Of a stretch of DNA of 64,000 nucleotides, positions 12,103-23,882 are shown in pieces. Source of the DNA: Squalus acanthias (Eukaryota). The translations under genes were made by a program, and so were the position numbers. Under the pieces are notes generated by a model that did not search any database, was not told the DNA's origin, and saw nothing but the letters and a program-made list of their open reading frames with translations. Every line of letters begins with the position of its first letter. The stretch's first letter is position 1. The DNA lies in contig CM059434.1 of assembly GCA_030390025.1 (NCBI GenBank), positions 15,128,001-15,192,000 of the forward strand. Reading direction: 5' to 3'.

Positions 12103-15100
12103 TTCTGCTTCTTAGGCAGTCCCTTGGAACCGAGGATGACTTGCTTCCACACTAAAAATGAGTTCTCAGGTGACTGATGAGTCCAATGCGGGACCTACAG
12201 CCTCTGTCACATGTGGGGCAGACATTGGTTGAAGGGGCCGGGTGGGTGGGGTGCTTGGGTTGACGTGCGCTCCTTCCACTGTTTGCGCTTGGCTTCCGCT
12301 TGCTCCCGGCGAAGAGACTCGAGGTGTTTGGTGCCTTCCCGGATACTTCTCCTCCACTTTGTGCGGTCTTGGGCCAGGGATTCCCAGGTGTCGGTGGGGA
12401 TGTTGCACTTTTTCAAGGAGGCTTTGAGGGTGTCCTTGAAGTGTTTCCTCTTCCCACCTGGGGCTCTCTTGCCGTGTCGGAGCTCCAAGTAGAGCGCTTG
12501 TTTTTGGAGTCTCGTATTGGGCATGTGGACGATGTGGCCCGTCCATTGGAGCTGATCGAGCGTGGTCAAAGCTTCGATGCTGGGGATGTTGGCCTGAGCG
12601 AGAATACTGACGTTGGTGCGCCTATCCTGCAAATGGATTTGCAGGATCTTGCAGAGGCAGCGTTGGTGGTACCTCTCCAGTGCTTTGAGGTGCCTGCTGT
12701 ACATGGTCCATGTCTCTGAAGCATACAGGAGGGCGGGTATCACTACTGCTCTGTAGACCATGAGCTTGGGGCTGGGTTTGAGGTCCTGGTCTTCAAACAC
12801 TCTCTTCCTCAGGTGACCGAAGGCTGCACTGGCATACTGAAGGCGGTGTTGGACTTCGTCATCGACATCTGCCCTTGTTGACAGTAGGCTCCCGAGGTAT
12901 GGAAAGTGGTTCACATTGTCCAAGGCCTCGTCATGGATTTTGATAATCGGGGAGCAGTACTGTGTGGCGGGGGAAGGTTGGTAGACGGATGTTTAGTGTA
13001 AGGCCCATGCTCTCGTACGCTTCGGTGAAGGTGTTGACGATGGTTTGGAGTTCGGTCTCAGAGTGTGCGCAAATGCAAGCGTTGTCTGCATACTGTAATT
13101 CGATGATAGAGGATGGGATAACCTTGGATCTGGACTGGAGGCGACAGAGGTTGAACAGTTTCCCGTTTGTTCTGTAGATTAGCTCCACTCCAGTGGGGAG
13201 CTTACTGAGGGTGAGATAGATCATTGCAGCCAGGAAGATCGAGAAGAGCGTTGGTGCGATAACACAGCCTTTCTTGACCCCGGTCCATACGTGAATTGGG
13301 TCTGTGGTGGATCCGTTGGTCAGGATCATGGCTTGCATGTCGTCGTGAAGCAGACAGAGGGTGGTGACAAACTTTTGAGGGCAGCCGAATTTGAGGAGGA
13401 CACTCCATAATCCGTCATGGTTGACAGTGTTGAAGGCCTTTGTGAGGACAAAGAAGGCCATGTACAGCGGTTGGTGCTGTTCCCTTCATTTCTGTTGTAG
13501 TTGACATGCGGTGACGATCATGTCCATTGTGCCCCTTAGTGGGTGGAATCCACATTGCGACTCTGGGAGGAGCTCTTCAGCCACAGGGAGAAGGCGATTG
13601 AGGAGGATTCTTGCGATGACTTTCCCTGTGGCAGATAGTAGGGAGACTCCTCTGTAATTACCGCAATCGGACTTTTCACCTTTCTTGAAGATGGTCACGA
13701 TTACGGTATCTCTGAGATCCCCTGGCATGCTCTCCTCCTTCCAAATAAGAGAAATGAGTTAATGTATTCACACCAATAGTGCTTCTCCGCCATGTTTTAG
13801 CGCCTCGGCAGGGATTCCATCTGCTCCTGAGGCCTTGTTGTTCTTCAGTTGTTGCATGGCCTTTTCAACCTCATGTCGGGCTGGGGTTGTGCTGAGGTGG
13901 TGGCAGGTAGCATGCTGCGGGATAGAGTTGAGGACACTCAAAGACAGAGTCTCGGTTAAAGAGATCTTCGAAGTGCTCCTTCCAGCGGGCACTGACTGCC
14001 TCCCTGTCATTGATGAGTACTTCTGCGTTCTTGGCCCGCAATCGTGTAGGACCTTGGGTGCTTGGGCCATAGATGGTCTTGACTACCCTAAAGAATCCAC
14101 GCACGCCGTGGTTGTCGGCTAGCTGCTGGATCTCCTGCACTTTCTCCACCCACCATCTGTTCTTTAGGTCGCGAGTTTTTTGTTGGACCTCGGCCTTCAG
14201 GTGTCTGTAGAGCTGCTTTCTTGCTCTCGAGTTCTGTTGCTGTTTCCAGATCAGGAATGCCTTGCGCTTGCGGCTTATTAGCTCCTGGATCTCCTGGTCG
14301 TTCTCGTCGAACCAGTCTTGGTGTTTCCTGGTCGAGTGACCGAGCGTCTCTTCACAGGTGCTGATTATGGAGGCCTTGAATGCAGACCAGGTGCTGTGGA
14401 CACTCTGTGTCTCTGAATCACTGGGAGTCGTCAGGTTGGTTGTGAGGCGCAGGCTGAATAGAGCTTTCTTAGCAGGTTCTTTGAGTGCTCCAGCGTTGAT
14501 TTTCTTGCAGCATTGCTTCTGTTGCCGCCGCTGTTTTGGGGCTACGTTGATGGAGATGACAGAGCGGATTAGGCGGTGGTCTGTCCAGCAGTCGTCAGCT
14601 CCTGTCATGGCGCGGGTGATGCGGATGTCCTTGCGGTCCCTTGCTCGGACGATGACGTAGTCCAGTAGTGCTTGGAGCGAAGGTGTTACCATGAATCCTT
14701 GTACTTGTCGCTCTGACGGAACAAGGTGTTGGTTATGACAAGGCCATGTTCTAAGCATTTCGTCAGGAGAAGGGTACCGTCGGAGTTGGCTTTCCCTATC
14801 CCCTCTCTGCCGATCACACCTCCCCAGAGGTCTGTGTCCTTTCCAACTCTGGTGTTGAAGTCGCCAAGGAGGATCAGCTTGTCGCCCGTTGGGACTCGGG
14901 ACAGGGGTTGTTTGAGGCTGGATAGAATTCCTCTTTGGTCTCGTCTGTGGCTTCTAGTGTTGGGGCGTACGCACTGATGATCGTAGCGCACTGGTTCTGG
15001 GCTAGGGTGAGCCATAGAGTCATGAGGCGTTCGTTTATTCCACAAGGGGAGTCTCTGAGACGTTCAACTAGCTCATTTTTTATGGCGAAGCCTACCCCAT

Positions 15101-15471
15101 GGAGGTGACGTTCTTCAGGTTTGCCTTTCCAGAAGAAGGTGTAACCATCACCTTGCTCCTTGAGCTGGCCTTCCCCTGCCCGCCGGGTCTCGCTTCAGGC
15201 GGCGATGTCTATGTCGAAACGTCTGAGCTCCCGGGCAACGATAGCAGTACGGCGTTCCGGTCTGTCACTGTTGGGGTTGTCCATGAGGGTCCTGATGTTC
15301 CAGGTCCCGAACTTCATTTTAAAGGGTGGAAGATGCTTGTGTGTGAATTCTTTTAACGTGGGGTGGCCGTTGCACACCAGCTACCACATGGGCTTGACAG
15401 AGCAAGGTCTTGGTCCAATGGCAAGGGGATCCAAGACAATTGGAGACCAGGCTCTGCTACATCGGCCTAGC
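12103..15471 (-). mobile_element. RTE-clade LINE, near full length, frameshifted
   Basis: APE endonuclease motifs MKFGTWNIRTL, LLGDFN and DDCWTDHRL. RT motifs NYRGVSLLS, ESQCGF, GVKKGCVIAPTLF, LQYADN and FPYLGS. (GAA)-type tail and 10 bp TSD ACAATTATAC (12093-12102 / 15472-15481). Confidence 0.92.
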
Positions 15472-15929
15472 ACAATTATACAGGGCATTGGTGAGGCCAC
15501 ACCTGGAGTACTGTGTACAGTTCTGGTCTCTTTACCTAATGAAAGACATACTTGCCTTAGAGGGAGTGCAGCGAAGGTTCACTAGACTAGTTCCTGGGAT
15601 GAGGGGATTGCCCTATGAGGAGAGATTAAGTAGACTAGGCCTATATTCCTTAGAGTTTAGAAGAATGAGAGGTGATCTCATTGAAACATATAAAATTCTT
15701 AAGGGGCTTGACAAGGGTTAATGCTGGTAAAATGTTTTCCTTGGCTGGGGAATCTGGAACACGGGGTCACAGTCACAGAATAAGGGGTCGGCCATTTAAG
15801 ACTGAGATGAGGAGAAATTTCTTCACTCAAAGGGTTGTGAATCTTTGGAATTCTCTACCCCAGAGAGCTGTGGATGCTCAGTCATTGAGTATATACAAGA
15901 CAGAGGTCGGAAAATTTTTGAGAACGAAG

Positions 15930-17850
15930 GGAATTCAGGGATTAATTGATAAAGAAAGGGAAAATGGAATATGAGCACAAACTAGCGAAAAATATAAAAA
16001 CGGATTGTAAAAGCTTCTATAGATATGTGAAAAGGAAGAGACTGGCGAATGTAAATGTAGCTCCTTTACAGTCAGAGAAGGGAGAATTTGTAATGGGGAA
16101 TGAGGAAATGGTTGAGAAATTAAATAAATACTTTGTTTCTGTCTTCACGGAGGAAGACACAAAAAACCTCCCAGAAATACGAGAAAACCAAGGGTGTGAC
16201 GAGAATGAGGAACTTAAAGAAATTATTATTAGTAAAAAAACAGTACTAGCAAAATTAATGGGACTAAAAGTCGATAAATCCCAAGGACCGGATTACCTAC
16301 ATCCTAGGGTTTTGAAAGAGGTGGCCATTGGGATAGTGGACGCATTGGTTGTCATCTTCCAAAATTCTATAGATTCTGGAATGGTTCCTGCAGATTAGAG
16401 GATAGCAAATGTAACCCCGCTATTTAAGAGAGGAGGGAGAGAGAAAACGGGGAACTACAGACCTGTTAGCCTTACATCAGTAGTTGGGAAAATGCTGGAA
16501 TCTATTATAAAGGATGCAATAACTGGGCACTTAGAAACTAATAGTAAGATTGGGCGGAGTCAACATGGATTTATGAAAGGGAAATCCTGTTTGACAAACC
16601 TATTGGAGTTCTTTGAGGATGTAACTAGTGGAGTAGACAAAGGGGAACCGGTAGATGTGGTGTATTTGGACTTTCAGAAGGCCTTCGATAAGGTCCCACA
16701 CAAGAGGTTGGTGAACAAAATTAGGGCACATGGAATTGGGGGTAATATACTAGCATGGATTGAGAATTGGTTAACAGACAGAAAACAAAGAGTAGGGATA
16801 AACGGGTCTTTTTCAGGATGGCAGGCTGTGACTAGTGTGGTACTGCAAGGATGGGTGCTTGGGCCCCAGCTATTCACAATCTATATCAATGATTTGGATG
16901 AGGGGACTAAATGTAACATTTCCAAATTTGCTGATGATACAAAGCTAGGTGGCAGTGTCACTTGTGAAGAGGATGTGAAGATGCTTCAAGGGGATCTCGA
17001 CATGCTCAATGAGTGGGCGAGAACATGGCAGATGGAATGTAATGTGGATAAATGTGAAGTTATTCACTTTGGTAGAAAAAACAGAAAGGCAGAGTATTTT
17101 CTAAATGGTGAAAGATTGGGGAATGCAGATGCTCAAAGGGACCTGGGTGTCCTTGTACATGAGTCATTGAAAGTGAATGTGCAGGTGCAGCAAGCCATTA
17201 GGAAGGCAAATGGTATGCTGGCCTTCATTACAAGAGGATTTGAGTACAGGAGTAAAGAAGTCTTACTCCAGTTATATAGGGCTTTGGTGAGATCACACCT
17301 GGAGTACTGTGTACAATTTTGGTCTCCTTACCCAAGGAAGGATATACTTGCCATAGAGGGAGTGCAACAAAGGTTCACGAGATTGATTCCTGGGCTGGCA
17401 GGACTGTTGTATGAGAAGAGATTCAGTAAACTAGGCCTGTATTCTCTTGAATTCAGAAGAATGAGAGGGGATCTCATTGAAGCATACAAAATTATTACAG
17501 GGCTTGTTAGGGTGGATGCTGGGAGAATGTTTCCCTTGGCTGGGGAGTCTAGAACCAGGGGCCACAGCCCCAGGATGAAGGGTAGGCCATTCAGGACTGA
17601 GATGAGAAGAAATTTCTTCACACAGAGGGTGGTGAATCTTTGGAATTCTTTACCCCAGAGGGCTGTGGAGGCTCAGTCATTGGGTATATTCAAAACAGAA
17701 GTCGATAGTTTTCTGACTAGTAAGGGCATCAAGGGATATGGCAATAGGGCCGGTGAATGGAGTTGAGGCAGAAGATCAGCCATGATCTCATTGAATGGCG
17801 GAGCAGGCTCGAAGCGCCGAATGGCCTACTCCTGCTCCTATTTCTTATGC
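15930..17850 (+). mobile_element. CR1 LINE, 5'-truncated, RT largely intact
   Basis: ORFs 15946-16398 and 16492-17766 share one frame with a single TAG where a Trp is expected. All RT motifs present. Hairpin tail …GAATGGCCTACTCCTGCTCCTATTTCTTATG. Confidence 0.95.
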
Positions 17851-18099
17851 TCTGATAAACCTGCTGGGTCATTAGGTGAGCAGCACAGCTGCAATTATAT
17901 GGTCAGTTTTTTACTAGAAGTCTTTGCACGGTGCACATCAGGATCGTATTTACAACATGCCATCTGGAACTGGTACATGTTAAGGCAATTTGGTTTCTAT
18001 CTGAGCTGTCAAGAGTCCTGTCGGCTTTGTCCAACGGGTCTTGCTGTGATTTCACCAGTTCCTCACTCCTTAAACTGTTCATTTGTAGTCAGTGTCCTC

Positions 18100-21000
18100 C
18101 AGCGAGCAGCGGCAGCAGCGGGAGCGGCGGACCTGCGAGGGAGCAGCGGCTGTGGGTGAAAATAAAGGTCGGTGATTTTCAGGCCCAGTCGAACAGCGGC
18201 AGCAGAGGCAGAATTCGAGAGTGACGTCACAGTACAGAAAGTGACACCGGCGCAGGGGAAGCAGCTGATTGGGTGAGTACGGCCAGGTGAGTATTTATAC
18301 TACTCTATAGTTTGACAGTTAAGGTTAATAGTTTATAAGGTTTAGAAGGTCTTAATTTTGTGGTTTATAGTTGCTAAGGTCTCTGTTGTGTAGCAGGGAG
18401 TGCTAGTAAACAAGGGCCCTTGAGTATATCATTTAATTGTAGTGTAATTAGTGGTATTGATTTGATTTAATTTAATTTAAATTAATTAAAGGGTAAATCA
18501 TGGCAGCACAGCTTGGCCCCGTGGCATGCTCCTCCTGCACTATGTGGGAAATCAGGGACACTTCCTGTGTCCCTGACGACCATGTGTGCGGGAAGTGTAT
18601 CCAGCTGCAGCTACTGGCAGACTGCATTGCGGCGCTGGAGCTGCGAATGGATACATACTGGAGCATTCGCGATGCTGAGGACATCGTGGATAGCACGTTT
18701 AGGGAGTTGGTCACACCGCAGATAAAGGCTGCACAGGCAGGAAGGGAATGGGTGACCGCCAGGCAGAGTAGTAGGCACAGGCAGGTAGTTCAGGGGTCCC
18801 CTGTGGCCATCCCCCTCTCAAACAGATATACCACTTTGGATATTGTTGGGGGAGATGGCTTATCGGGGGAAGGCAGCAGCAACCAACTTCCTGGCACCAT
18901 GGGTGGTTCTGCTGCACAGGATGGGAGGAAAAAGAGCGGGAGAGCTATAGTGATAGGGGATTCTATTGTAAGGGGAATGGATAGGCATTTCTGCGGCCGC
19001 AAACGAGACTCCAGGATGGTATGTTGCCTCCCTGGTGCAAGGGTCAAGGATGTCTCGGAGCGGCTGCAGGGCATTCTGGAGGGGGAGGGTGAACAGCCAG
19101 TTGTCGTGGTGCATATAGGTACCAACGATATAGGTAAAAAACGGGATGAGGTCCTAAAAGCTGAATATAGGGAGTTAGGAGGTAAATTAAAAAATAGGGC
19201 CTCAAAGGTAGTAATCTCAGGATTGCTACCAGTGCCACGTGCTAGTCAGAGTAGAAATAGAAGGATATTTCAGATGAATACATGGCTAGAGGAATGGTGC
19301 AAGGGGGAGGGATTCAAATTGCTGGAACATTGGAACCAGTTCTGGGGGAGGTGGTACCAGTACAAACTGGACGGTTTGCACCTGGGCAGGACTGGGACCG
19401 ATGTCTAAGGGGGAGTGTTTGCTAGTGCTCTTGGGGAGGGTTTAAACTAAAATGGCAGGGGGTTGGGAACCTGTGCAGGGAGACAGAGGAAAGGGAAGCA
19501 AGGATAGAAGCAAAAGACAGGAAGGAGAAAAGCAAAAGTGGAAGGCAGAGAAATCAAGGGTGTAAATCAAACAGGGCCACAGTAAATAATAATTCTAAAA
19601 GGTCTAAGAGTGTTAAAAAAACAAGCCTGAAGGCTTTGTGTCTTAATGCGAGGAGCATTCATAATAAGGTGGATGAATTAGCTGCACAAATGGATGTAAA
19701 CAGATATGATATAATTGGGATTACGGAGACATGGCTCCAGGGTGACCAAGGCTGGGAATTCAACATCCAGGGGTATTCAATATTCAGGAAGGACAGGCAA
19801 AAAGGAAAAGGAGGTGGGGTAGCATTGCTGGTTAAAGAGGAGATTAACACAATAGTAAGGAAGGATATTAGCTCTGATGATGTGGAATCTGTATGGGTAG
19901 AGCTGAGAAATACCAAGGGGCAGAAAACGTTAGTGGGAGTTGTATACAGACCCCCAAACAGTAATGCTGAGGTTGGGGATGGCATTAAACGGGAAATTAG
20001 AGACGCGTGCAATAAGGGCACAGCAGTCATCATGGGTGACTTCAATCTACATATAGATTGGTCTAACCAAGTTAGTAACAATACTGTGGAGGAGGAATTC
20101 CTAGAGTGTATACGGGATGGTTTCCTGGACCAAATGTCGAGGAACCAACTAGAGATCAGGCCATCTTAGACTGGGTATTATGTAATGAGAAAGGATTAAT
20201 TAACAATCTTGTTGTGCGAGGCCCCTTGGGGAGGAGCGATCATAATATGATAGAATTCTTCATTAAGATGGAGAGTGAAGTAGTTGACTCAGAGACTAGG
20301 GTCCTGAATTTAAATAAAGGAAACTACGATGGTATGAGGCGCGAGTTGGCTAGGATGGATTGGGGAGCGTTACTTAAAGGGTTGACGGTGGATAGGCAAT
20401 GGCAAACATTTAAAGATTGCATGGATGAACTACAGAATTTGTTCATCCCTGTTTGGCATAAAAATAAAACAAAAAAGGTGACTGAACCGTGGCTAACAAG
20501 GGAAATGAGGGATAGCATAAGATTCAAGGAGAGGACATATAAATTGGCCAGAAAAAGCAGCAAGCCTGAGGATTGGGAGCAGTTTAGGATTCAGCAAAGG
20601 AGGACAAAGGGATTAATTAAGAGCGGGAAAATGGAACATGAGAGTAAGCTTGCAGGGAACATAAAAACTGACTGTAAAAGCTTCTACAGATATGTGAATA
20701 GAAAAAGATTGGTGAAGTCAAGCGTAGGTTCCTTGCAGTCAGAATCAGGGGAATTTATAATGGGGAACAAAGAAATGGCAGACCAATTAAATACATACTT
20801 TGGTTCTGTCTTCACAAAGGAGGACACAAATAACCTCCCAGAGATGTCGGGGAACATAGGGTCTAATGAGAGGGAGGATTTGAATGAAATCAGTATTTGT
20901 AGGGAAATAGTGTTAGGGAAATTGATGGGATTAAAGGCCAATAATTCCCCAGGGCCTGATAATCTACATCCTAGAGTACTTAAGGAAGTGGCCCTAGAAA

Positions 21001-21615
21001 TAGTAGATGCATTGCTGGTCATCTTCCAAAATTCTATAGACTCTGGAACAGTTCCCATGGATTGGAGGGTAGCTAATGTAACCCCACTATTTAAAAAAAG
21101 GTGGTAGCGAGAAAATGGGGAATTATAGACTGGTAAGCCAGACATCGGTAGTGGGGAAAATGCCAGAGTCCATTATAAAAGATGTAATAGTAGAGCACTT
21201 GGAAAACAGTGACAGGATCAGACAAAGTGAATGTGGATTGACAAAAGGTAAATCATGCTTGACTAATCTACTGGAATTTTTTGAGGATGTAACTGGTAGA
21301 ATAGATAAGGGAGAACCAGTGGATGTGGTGTATTTGGACTTCCAGAAGGCTTTCGATAAGGTCCCGCATAAGAGATTGGCATGCAAAGTTAAAGCACATG
21401 GGATTGGGGGTAAGGTACTGACTTGGATAGAGAACTGGTTGGCAGACAGGAAGCAAAGAGTTGGAATAAACGGGTCTTTTTCCGAGTGGCAGGCAGTGAC
21501 TAGTGGGGTACCGCAGGGATCGGTGCTAGGACCCCAGCTATTCACAATATATATTAATGATCTAGACAAGGGAACTAGATGTAATATCTCCAAGTTTGCA
21601 GACGACACAAAGTTA
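18100..21615 (+). mobile_element. CR1 LINE retaining 5'UTR, ORF1 and the ORF2 N-terminus; 3'-truncated at KFADDTKL
   Basis: GC-rich 5' end, then ORF1 from 18500. ORF2 APE motifs CLNARSI, ITETWL, GGGVAL, YRPP, GDFN and SDH, and RT up to FADDTKL. Frameshifts near 20140 and 21100. Confidence 0.92.
18500..19450 (+). pseudogene. CR1 ORF1p (N-terminal Cys-rich zinc finger/leucine zipper plus SGNH esterase domain)
   Basis: CSSC…CGKC, then SGNH blocks IGDSIVR, PGA, HIGTND and DGLHL. An apparent frameshift near 19405 stops it at 19408; the expected end GEGLN* is at 19450. Confidence 0.85.
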
Positions 21616-21782
21616 TTTCCCCCTTGAAGAAGCTCCTTTCACCTAGTCAGCTCAATTACTGCAGGTCTAATCCTTTCTTCCAGAGTTATACCCAACATGC
21701 AGGACTCTTCTGTGTAAATGGCAATGGAAATCTGTCCGCAGTAGGATCCGTCTCAATTCAGTGCGCTGTGCTTTGCTTTTAA

Positions 21783-22500
21783 GCCCAGATTTTAAGCTGG
21801 GGCGGGTTCGATGCAGGGGCGGTGGTGGGGAGTGGGGTCAGGGCAGGCGGAAGCCCCCCACGGACTGGTTGGCGTGAGACCGTGGCCATTTTAACTCCCT
21901 GGCCTCATCTTAATATTTGAGATTTGTCTCCTGCCCGACGCCAGTGGGAATGACGTCAAGGCCGGCAGGCAGGATTGGGAATTTGGGGCGGGCACTGGAT
22001 GCTGCCGGGAACCCAAGGAAATGACCCCCGGCGCATGGTAAGTGCTGGGATGGGAGATGGGGAGGGGGGGCTTGAAGAACGGATGCCGGTCAGGGAAGGA
22101 AGAGGCAAGATCGCAGCAGAGGAGGTCCAAGGATTCCTTACGGGCACTCCTAGTCCTCATGGCCCCACAAGGGACCCTTCCAAAAATTAACTTACCCTGC
22201 CATCTTCTGACCACACTGCTGCCTCACGCCAGCTGTCAGTGCTTTGTCCTTGTGCGGGCCTCCCGTGATTTGTAGCTCAAATTGAGTGCCGACGCCGATG
22301 GTGTTGCCAGGCCGCCACTTTCACCGTTTAATTAGGCCCCCGCTTGCCTGTGGCAGGCGGCCTCCATGCTGCCGGAACTGCGGCAGTTAAAGTGGCGGCG
22401 GGAGCAAACGCGCTGGGAACACGCCGCAAATTCTCCAACCGCCATTACAACCACCCGTCTGCCCCATTCGCAGCGGACCGGCTGGGTTGAACATCAGGCC
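21783..22500. mobile_element. GC-rich Harbinger-like non-autonomous element
   Basis: Imperfect inverted ends GCCCAGATTTTAA / TTGAACATCAGGCC. No credible ORF; composition like the other Harbinger derivatives. Confidence 0.45.
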
Positions 22501-22744
22501 TTGAAGGGAGCATTTACACTGCACACAGTGAACCTGAGAGCGAACTGCTCTGACATTTGCTTCGGGCATTTACACCGTGGCCAATCGGGTTTGAAACTTC
22601 AGCTGCTGTGGGTGGCGTTACGTGTTTGAGTCTCTAGTACGAGGGGTGTCAGAATTCTGATCTGATTCCGTCTGACCATGTGCAGGCGTGGGGAACCTCA
22701 CCGGCTGCCTGAAAATCATGCGTTGGCAGACGTCGAAACTCTTT

Positions 22745-23058
22745 CCAGCGACAGAAGAGCAGTAACCAGAGGACATAGATTTAAGGTGATTGACAAAAAA
22801 AAGAGGCGAGAAGAGGAGCAATGTTTTTACGCAGCGAGTTGTTGTGATCTGGAACGCACTGCCTGATAAGTTGGTGCAAGGAGATTCAAAAGTAACTTTC
22901 CAAAGGAAATTGGATAAATACTTGAAGGGGAAACATCTGCAGGACTATAGGGAAAGGGCAGGTCAATGGGACTAATTGGACGGCTCTTTCAAAGAGCTGG
23001 CACTTGCACGATGGGCCGAATGGCCTCCTTCTGTGCTGTATCATTCTATGATTCTATG
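22745..23058 (+). mobile_element. CR1 3' fragment
   Basis: TRGHRFKVI…FTQRVVVIWNALP…AGQWD followed by a (TTCTATGA)n tail. Confidence 0.88.
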
Positions 23059-23384
23059 TTGAGGTTCCCTACTGAACTTGGAAAATTAAAGAAAGACTTG
23101 CGTTTATATGGGGCATTTCACAACCTCAGGATGCCCAAAGCGCTTTACAGCCAATGAAGTACTTTTGAAGACGAGGCAAGGGGCCCGAGGCGACCGGTGA
23201 GCTGCCTCTGGAGGAGTGACTGAGATCGGCAGCTCACCGCAATTGGCCTCCTCGTGCACACCGACCGTTCTTCACCGGAAACGGGCGGGCACCCAATTTT
23301 TACCCCGATATTTTGTACAGTTTTTGTGCTAGCGCTCGGCAGAAGGGAAATCTGCGCTGGTATCTCCAAGTAGTTGAAGTTTTA

Positions 23385-23882
23385 AGAAAGAAAGACTTGC
23401 ATTTATATAGCACCTTTCACGACCGGACACCTCAAAGCGCTTTACTGCCAATGAAGTACTTTTTTGAAGTGTAGTCACTCTTGTAATGTAGGAAGCGCAG
23501 CAGCCAATTTGCGCACAGCAAGGTCCCACAAACAGCAACGTGATAATGACCAGATAATCTCTTGCGGTGATCTTGGTTGAGGAATAAATATGGGCCAGGA
23601 CACCTGGTGGGGGGAGGGGGGGGAGGGGTGGGAGGGGGGTGGCAAGTGGGGGAGAACTCTCCTGCTCTTCAAAATAGTGGCTTGGGATCTTTTACATCTA
23701 CCCCAGAGAGCAGACGGGGCCTCGGTTTAACGTCTCATCCCGAAAGACGGCACCTCAAACAGTGCAGCACTCCCTCAGCACTGCATGCAGTGTCAGCCTG
23801 GATCTTGTGCTCAAGTCTCTGGAGTGGGACTTGAGCCCACAACCTTCGGTCTACGAGGGTGCTACCCACTGTTCCACGGCTG
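23385..23882 (-). mobile_element. DeuSINE (SacSINE1-like) with L2-type tail
   Basis: tRNA-like head at ~23820-23882. Central GAGGGAGTGCTGCACTGT…GGTGCCGTCTTTCGGGATGAGACGTTAAACCGAGG resembles the Deu domain. Same family at 24590-24795, 30665-31040, 52830-53050, 56325-56460 and 58995-59472. Confidence 0.75.

Larger units (their letters stand above)
8925..15935 (+). mobile_element. CR1 LINE fragmented by nested insertions (pieces 8925-9741, ~11096-11390, 12080-12102, 15472-15935)
   Basis: RT motifs continue across the inserts: [15 protein letters not shown]…KFADDTKL | GGKVSCEE…KGLE | EVLLQLY | [16 protein letters not shown]…FFTQRVVNLWNSLP. Confidence 0.85.
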
